Below are positions 29,401 through 38,400 of a stretch of 64,000 nucleotides of DNA, piece after piece. A model generated the notes under the pieces. The model saw only the letters and a list, made by a program, of their open reading frames with translations, made no database searches and was not told where the DNA came from. The first letter of the stretch is position 1, and each line of letters starts with the position of its first letter. Where the stretch lies: positions 256,001 through 320,000 of the forward strand of contig CAVTRN010000002.1 of the NCBI GenBank assembly GCA_963737155.1, given 5' to 3'. Made by a program: the position numbers and the translations under genes. The stretch is from Nitrospirota bacterium (lineage in GTDB: Bacteria > Nitrospirota > UBA9217).

Positions 29401-32400
29401 GGCAGCGCCGCCACCAGCACACTGACCATCGAGTACCGGGCAAAAGTCATGAAGAACGCGCTTTCACAGACGCCCGTAAAACAAATTTTGACCAACAGCG
29501 CACAGGTCAGCTACGCGATTAACGGCACCGACATGGCTCCCAAAACATCGAGCGCCGCCGTCAACGCATGGCAGCCGGTGCTCGGCGTTTCCAAGACTGC
29601 AGCAGCTGCTGCCGGAGGCGCCGTAGTTAGCGCAGGAGAGATCATCACCTATACCGTGAGTATCGCGAACACTGGAGCGGCGCCCGCCTATGATCCCGCG
29701 CTCGCTGACACGCTTCCCGTAGGGATGCGCCAGGGCGGCGTTACGACTACCGGCGTCACACTGGTAAACACCGCAACTAATGCTATTGTGACGGCGCTTC
29801 CTGTTCCGGCATCCGCATATATCTCCTATAACGCTGCCACTGGAGTCGCCACATGGAACTTCGATACGGGAGTCGCCGATGCCTACAGCATTCCATCCGG
29901 CGACACCCTTAAGGTTACTTACCAGGTCAAGGCAGACAGCACTGTAGCTTCCGGTATCACCCTGGCCAACAGCGCCTTTATCCAGCATTATTACTCGTTC
30001 GACAGCGTTGACGTGCCGGCATACAGCGTGGTTTCCGACAGGCAGGTTTACGGGCCGACCAGCGCAGCGACCGCCATGCTCACCACCTCTTCGGTTGTGT
30101 CCGCCTACACTTTTACCGTCTCGGCGCTTTCTAAGCAGTCCCTGGTTACCACCGCAGCGCTCGGTCAGCCTTTCACCTACCGCATCACGGTACCGGCCGC
30201 GACTAGCCCTAACGCAATGTATAATATTTCGGTCACCGATAATATCGGACTTCAGGCGACCGGTGTGTCCCTTGCCTATGTGGGAGCAAACGCAAGCCTC
30301 GCGTCAGGCGCCAAGTCCTGGGCGACCCTTGCCAATACCGGGATCGCCTCAAATCTTGTCCTTTCCGACACGGTAAGCGGGGGGCTGTACGTCCCAGCCG
30401 GAGACCAACTAATCGTAAACCTTACCGTGGTCCTTACTAACGACACGACCGACAATGTAACCGGCAAGCAGTTCACGAACACGGCGGATTATACATTCAA
30501 TACAGTGAACGGTAACAACGCCACGGTGACGTCGGGCGCTCCCGGAACGAGCTCTCCCGTTACCATCGCGGGTCCAAATCTGACTATGACGAAGTCCGGC
30601 CCAGCGACCATGAGCGTCGGCACGCCGGGCACCTTCACGCTCAACGTGCAGAATGCCGGAACCGCTCCGGCGTGGAATACGACGATAATGGATGTTCTTC
30701 CAAACGTGACCACGCCGGCCAAGGGCGGTATGTGCGGCCAGGCCCCGGCAAACATCACGGCGCGCATTTACCAGCCGGACGGCGTCACGCCGGTCACCGC
30801 CGTCTTGGCAAACGGCACGGACTATGCCGTAGCTTTCACGGGCCTTTCCGGAACACCCGCCTGCACCCTGACGGTTTCCCTGAAATCTACCGCAGCCACT
30901 GCCATTGCTCCGGCTAACCGGCTGATCATCACGTACCAAGCTTCTCTGGACGCAGACACAGTAGGGGGCATTGCCCTAACCAACATCGCAGGCGCAACGG
31001 GATACCAGAGCGCGAATCCGCAAGCCACCGGCGCCTCCGGTAACGTATATACCACGACGAACGTCCTGACGAACGGCACGCCGGGTATCCTTGATTTTCA
31101 GGATGCCTTTATGGTCACTTCGGTAGCCACGGTCGGAAGCTCTGTTCTGACGCCGGTCATCCGCGTACAAAAGACAGTCCAGGACATTACCTCGGGTACC
31201 CAGACCGTATCGGCGGGGGACACCCTGAAATACACCATCACGGTGAACAACATCGGTACAGAAAACGCCGTGGGCGTGACGGTTAGCGACACAATTCCCG
31301 CGAACACCACCTATGTGCCGAACTCCACCACCCTGAACGGATCTGTGGTAGCCGACACCAGCCCCGGCGTTTCCGCTCTCTTAAACAACATGCTGATCAA
31401 TGCCCCATCAAACCCGATACCGGGCGACATGACCGCCGATCCTACTGCCTCAGCCGCCAATACGGCAACCGTCTCATTCGAGGTGAGGGTAAGCGCAAAT
31501 CTGGCTGCCGGCACCGCTATTTCCAACCAGTGCTATGTGAACGGATCCGGAGCGGGGGGCAGCCCGGTCCCGACACAGCCTTCCGGAAACCCTAACAGCT
31601 CTACGCCGAACAGTCCAACCTCGGTCATAGTTGGGAATCCGCCGGTCCTCTCCGCGCAAAAAACTGCAAAGCTCGCCGTGGACATTAACGGGAGTGGCCT
31701 CATGGAACCGGGTGACACCATCCAATACACCATCACCCTTGCCAACTCCGCCGCAGTTCCGGCTTCCGGCGTCGTTCTTACCGACGCAGTCCCGGCAGGC
31801 ACGGCCTATGTGCCTGGCAGCACCACGTTAAACGGCAGCGCCGTAGCCGACGCCGCCTCCGGCGTGTCCCCGCTGTCTTCCGGCATGCCCGTCGTTTCCT
31901 CGAATTCCACAGGAACTTCTTCTAGTGGATCCTTTGCCGCGAACGGTACCGGGACCGTCACCTTCAATGTAAAGGTGAACGCCGGCGTGACATCCGGAAC
32001 GGCCATCTGCAACCAGGGCACCGTGTCGGCAACCGGCATTACGTCCTTCCTGACCAACGCAAGCGGCAGTTCCGCAAGCAGTCCCCAGCCGACCTGCGTA
32101 ACGGTCGGAAGCGCCGAACAGCTTTCCATCACCAAAACGTATGTCGTAGTGGGCGGAGGCTCGCCGCTTCCTGGAAGCACCATTCTGTACACGGTCACCG
32201 CCACGAATACCGGCACGGTCCCGGACACTAACGTTGTGATCACGGATGACCTTACCGCAGTCCTTACACAGTCTACCTATGTCGCAGGATCCGCTGCAAT
32301 GAATGGCTCGGCAAATGGCGTCAGTTTCCTGTCGTCTTTGATCACGGCAAATTACGGGACCGCCGCAGGCCAGCTTGCGCCAGGAGCATCGGCGGTGCTT

Positions 32401-35400
32401 ACCTATAGCGTCAAGCTGAACGGCACGGCGGCTTCCGGCACGGTCGTCACCAACACCGCCCAGGCAGCCTGGAACACGCCACAACAGACGGCGACGGCAA
32501 GCGTCTCCTTCAGCTTAGGATTTCAGCAGGGCGGCTTCTCCGGCAGGGTATGGCAGGACGCCAATTTAAACAAAACGTACGAAACCGGGGAGCAGACGTT
32601 TTCCGGATGGACGGTTAATGTTTACCTGAACGGCCAGGTCATCCATACCGCGTACACCGCAGCCGACGGTACCTACCAGATAAGCGGCCTCGCTCCCAAT
32701 GCCGGAACTTCGAACACATACATGATCCGATTCAGCGCGCCAGGCGCCGGCACGAACACGGCAATGCTGGGATGGGCCGATTCACCGTTCACCAACGGCA
32801 TGCAGCAGATATCGAATATTGTCCTTCCTTCGGGGACAAGCCTGTCGAACCTGAACCTCCCGCTTACCCCCGACGGCGTCATCTACGATTCCGTCGCCCG
32901 CACCCCGATAGCTGGCGCCGCGCTTGTCATGCTCCAAGCCTCCACACAGTCGCCCCTCCCAGCCGCATGCTTCAACGATCCTGCGGCGCAGGGACAGTTA
33001 ACGCTTCCGGGAGGATATTACAAGTTCGACCTGAACTTCAGCGACCCGTCGACCTGCCCGTCAGGCGGAGACTACCTGATACAGGTCACGCCGCCCCCCT
33101 CAGGATACATTGCCGGACTGTCAAAACTTATACCGCCGACAACGGACGCCGTCACGCCGACCTTCTCCGTCCCGACCTGCCCTGGCAGCCCGGCAGACGC
33201 CGTCCCTTCGATCACCGGTTACTGCATGGCAGAGGCTTCCGTCAAGCCGCAGCCGGCCTCGGTGCCAGCCGGACCCGCCACGGACTATTACCTCCATCTT
33301 ACGTTAAGCAGCGCACAGCCCGGGGACAGCCAGATATACAACAACCACATAGCCATCGATCCCGTGCAGAGCAACGCGATCGCCATCACGAAGACCTCAA
33401 GCGTGACGAACGTCACGCTCGGACAGATGGTCCCGTACACCATTTCCCTGACCAACACCCTTTCGGCCAATCTTACGAACCTCGAAGTCGTCGATACGCC
33501 ACCTCTCGGATTCAAGTACGTAGCCGGCTCCGGCATGGTGGACGGACAGAAGGTCGAACCGGCGAAGAGCGGGACAGAGCTAATCTGGAACATCTCCACT
33601 CTCGCTGCGAATTCCCAGCACACCATAAACCTCATGCTGATCGTGGGGGCCGGGGTCACGAACGGCGATTATGTGAACCACGCCCAGGTATTAAACAGCG
33701 TCACCGGGGCCGTCCAGGCCGTAAATAATGCCGCAGGAAACGTTCCGGCCGTGAACAAGTCGGCCACCGCCGTCATAGCCGCTCCGGGCAGCGCCGCCTC
33801 GGCTGTGGCAATTGCCACGGTCCATGTCGCGCCTGATCCTACGATGGACTGCACCGACATTATCGGCAAGGTGTTCGACGACAGGAACGCGAACGGTTAT
33901 CCGGATACTGGAGAGCCGGGACTCCCCGGAGTGAAGGTCGTAACGGCAAACGGCCTCATAGCGACGACGGACAAGTTCGGCCGGTTCCACATCACGTGCG
34001 CCGCGTTCCCCGATGCCGACCGTGGAAGCAACTTCATCATGAAGCTCGACGACCGGACGCTGCCCTCGGGCTACCGGGTCACCACGGACAACCCGCTTGT
34101 ACTCCGGATTACCTCCGGAAAGGCTGCGAAATTCAACTTCGGCGCGACCCTTCACCGCGTCGTGCGCCTGGATATCGCAGACGGTGTTTTCGAACCTCAA
34201 ACGTCCGCGATGCGGGAACAGTGGAATATCCGGATGGACACTCTCTTAAGCGAACTGAAAAAATCCCCGTCCGTCCTGCGGATTTCCTACCTCGCGGACG
34301 CCGAGGATCGAGCGGAAGTATCTGACAGGATCAGCGCTATCAAGAATACGGTGTCGTCCCTGTGGGGAAAGGGGCCTTACAGGCTAACTATCGAGACGGA
34401 AGTCTACTGGCGGCGCGGGGGGCCTCCCGAAAAGCATTCATTTGATACATCATCCGATATCGCCACCGCCGGAATTTATACGCCTGCCTTCCCGGACATG
34501 TCTTCGTCACCAGGAAACGGCGTATCCGACGCGGCAAGCCTGGGCCATGCTGTCGAGAGGCACGCGGCCGCCGATATACCGCGGACCATGTGGGAATTTA
34601 ACTTTGATGCTCCTCTCTCTGAAACTACTTTTACACTTGACGACGGCTTTACCTTATCGTCCTTCCTCGGACGGGATGAAGAGCCGCAAACGGTTTCCGG
34701 CATGACGGGAACGGATTTAACGTCCCTGCCGACAACGACCACGGGAAAGGCGGTCAAGACCATTAAACTTACCGACCTCGTGCCACCCCTCCACTACGGA
34801 TCGGGAGAAGCGGACATCCCGGATATGTATGTCAAGCATCTTAAGGACATCCTGTCTGGCATGAAGGGAAAGAACAACGTCCGCCTGCACCTCGTGGGAC
34901 ATACTGACAATGCGCTCTTGCTCGGGGAAGCCAAAGAGAAGTACGGCGACAATACATCGCTTTCCCGTGCACGTGCCGGTGCCGCAGCACTTGCTCTCGA
35001 GAAGACACTGGGACTTCCCGCTGGTTCTGTCACCTATGAAGGCGTCGGCGAAGCGGGCTCTGCGGTAAGCAACGCGACATTCAAAGGACAGGAAGCGAAC
35101 CGCCGGATCGAGGTTCAAATCTGGTATGACGAAAACTCCAACAGCACTCTCGACAACGGTGGCCTCAACCCGGACCGGGTCGACCGCGTAAAGGTCTGCC
35201 GCGTCGAGACGTTATGCAAGCTCAGCTACGAGGACGGTCTGGCTAAGCGCGCCCGGATACGGAACATCGTTCCGCCGCTTCATATGGACGGAAGTACTTC
35301 GGCCGTATCCGAAGAATTCATCTCCAGCGTGCGCCGGGTGCTCGATGACCTGCGGACGAAGGAACACGTCATCGTCAAATTCATCGGGTATACCGACAGC

Positions 35401-38400
35401 GGGCCGCTTTCGGAGCGTGACCTGCGAATTTACGGAGACCCCATCTCGCTCTCCAAGGCAAGGGCGCGGCGCGCGGCCTTGGCAGTTAGGAACGCGCTCA
35501 AACTCCCGCTGTCCGCAATCGACATTGACGGCCGTGGCGCGGACGGACAGATCGCCCCGAATGACACCGAAAACGGAAGGTCGCAAAACCGGCGCGTCGA
35601 GGTTGAATTCTGGTATGACGACGAACTTAATGTCCTGCCGGACGGTCTCGTTCAGTGCCCGGAACCGGCCCAGCCCGTGGCGGTCACCAGGGTCTTCGAC
35701 GGCCCGTCCGGAGGCATACCGCCCATCCTGTTCGACCGCGGTGAACCGGTGGTCACTCCGGAAATGCTGGAACGCATGCGCATAAGCTTAGCTCTTGCCA
35801 AGGACAAAAAACACGCGCGCCTCCGCTTCATCGGCTATACCAACGACGAACGGCTCGACCGGCGCACCGCGATAGTGTACGGAGACGACATCGGCCTTTC
35901 CGCCTCCCGCGCAAGGCGTGCCATGGACATGGTGAAGGAACGTTTGGTGCTTAACGGCGGGCAGGCCGAGTTCGAAGGGCACGGGTACGTGCAGTCGGAC
36001 GATGTGGCCGCCACCGGCTTCATCGAGTCCGGCACGGCCAGGGTCGAGGTAGAAGTCGTGTATGACGAGATGATGGCCGGCGACAGCACCGACGGTCTTG
36101 ACATTACGAAGGTTACCCGAGACGTCGTCCCGAAGGACCCGCTCGCCTTGAACCTCATGCGCATAACCGTTGACGGGAAGCCCGTAGACGACCCAGACAA
36201 GAGCATCGCCGACATCGAGCGCTGCACCGATGTGGCACTCAGCAAGGCGGATGTGCAGTTCAAGTTCGACGACCTCTCCCTGAAGCCCCGCCTGAACGTT
36301 ACGGCCTGGCCTAATACCGTCCGTTACAAGACGGCTCCGGACGCCATACCGCCCGAGAACCTGGTGCAGTTTCGGATGTACACGAACTACCGGGCCTTCA
36401 TAGTGAGGGCCGAGGTCCGCATCTTCGGCAAAGACGAGTCGACGGCAGGTACGCCCCTCGTGGTTATCCCCGTGGACAAGGACGGGCGCGCTTCCTGGCA
36501 GCCTGTGTTTCCCGGCTACAAGGCCCCCGGGCCAGAGCTCAAGTACGTGCTCCGGGTCTACGACGCCAAAGGTCGCTTTGACGAGACCAAGCCGCTCCCC
36601 ATCTGGATCGTCGACCGGCAGTCTCCGGACATCAGGAGCCGCGATGCCGAAAAAGAGCTTCTGGTCGGCTACGGACAGAACCATCTCTATGTTGACAACA
36701 TTCCAAAGAAGGGCGGCACGATCACGGTCTCCGGGAGCTCGGTCCCGTCCGGACACAATGTATACGTCGCAGGAAGGCCCGTGCCGATAGGAAATGAGGG
36801 CAAGTTCGTCACCGAGGAGATACTGCCTTCCGGCATGCATACCGTCGAGGTGGCGATCCTCGACCAATCCGGCAACGGCGACCTCTTCCTCCGTGACCTG
36901 GAACTTAAAAAAAGCGACTGGTTCGCCACCGGCATCGCCGACTTCACCCTTTCCCAAGATCAAACAAGCGGGCCCGGCTCTTCCCAATACAGCAGCACGA
37001 CGGCGGTCAACAACGGGCTAAACTACGACGGCCGGCTGGCCTACTATACAAAAGGTACCTTCGGCAACGGCTGGCAGCTGACATCCTCCGCGTACACCGG
37101 GGAAGGACCGGTCAGAGACCTGTTCAGCGATTTCGGACAAAGGACGCCCGACGCGCTTTTCCGGAGCATTGATTCCCAGTATTACTACCCAACCTACGGA
37201 GACGACGGCAGCGTGGAAGAGGGGGCTCCCACCCTGGGCAAGTTCTACCTGAAAGTCGAAAATGACGGGAGCTACGGCATGTGGGGCGACTACAAGCTGG
37301 ATTACACTGACAACGACCTGGCCCATGTCGAACGCGGGCTCTATGGACTTTCCGGGCATTATCAGACGGACAGCACCACGAGTTTCGGCGAGAAGCGCTT
37401 CTCCCTGGACGGCTTTTCCGCCCAGCCCGGCACGGTCGCGACGCGCGAGCAGTTTCTGGGCACCGGTGGCACCCTCTACTACCTGCAGCACCAGGGTATC
37501 CTGACCGGCTCGGAAAGCATCTCCATCGAGATGCACGACAAGGACTCCGGCGTCGTGGTCGGCGTCAAGAACCTTGCCGCCTCGGTCGATTACACCATCG
37601 ATTACCTGCAGGGGCGCGTCTCTCTTACGCAGCCCCTGTCACCGACGGCCTCCGGCACCATGGTGGTAAGCTCCGGCAATTCGGCAGGCGACCTCATGTA
37701 TCTGGTAATCGGCTACGAATACGTCCCCTCCGCCGGCGACACGAACAGCATGAGCTTTGGCGGAGAGAGCCACGTCTGGCTGAACGACTACGTGAAATTA
37801 GGCGTCACTGCGGACAAGGAGGGCGGCTCCGAAACTCCGGACGACCTCACCGCAGCCGACCTGACGCTCCGGAAGAACGCCCTATCATGGGTAAAATTTG
37901 AGACATCAAGGAGCAGCGGGTCCGGGATGAACAGCCTCACCTCGAATGACGGCGGCATGACGGAGGCCCCCAACTGTCCGGGCTATATCATCTCCGCAAA
38001 CGGCGTTGCCACGGGAAATCCGGCCTGCCCCTCCTTCAGCAGCCCGGCGGCCGTTTCCGCGGGAGCCTACCGGATAGACAGCAGCCTTGGTTTTGCCGAC
38101 GTCTTTGCCAGCGCTAAAGGCCAGATGACGTTTTACACACAGAGCCTTGGCGCGGGCTATTCGGTCCCCGGGCTCGAGACAGCCACAGACACCAAGCAGT
38201 ACGGAGGCACCCTGAAGGCGCCGATTTCGGCCAAAGTCGATGTGACCGCCAAGACCGATGTAACGAACCGCGACCAGGGATTGAACACGAGCGCCGCCGA
38301 GGTCGACCTTAATTATCACGCAACCGACCATTGGACCGTAAGTCCCGGCGTGCGGGAAGACAGCCGCGAGGACAACTCGCCGGTCGTTCCGCCTACCGAG

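Noticed and set aside
35788-36987. 399-aa minus-strand ORF (similarly 42529-44007, 45341-46207 and the off-frame 32772-33728)
   Set aside because: Shadow frames of GC-rich genes with strong codon bias; no motifs, and fully overlapped by well-supported CDSs.
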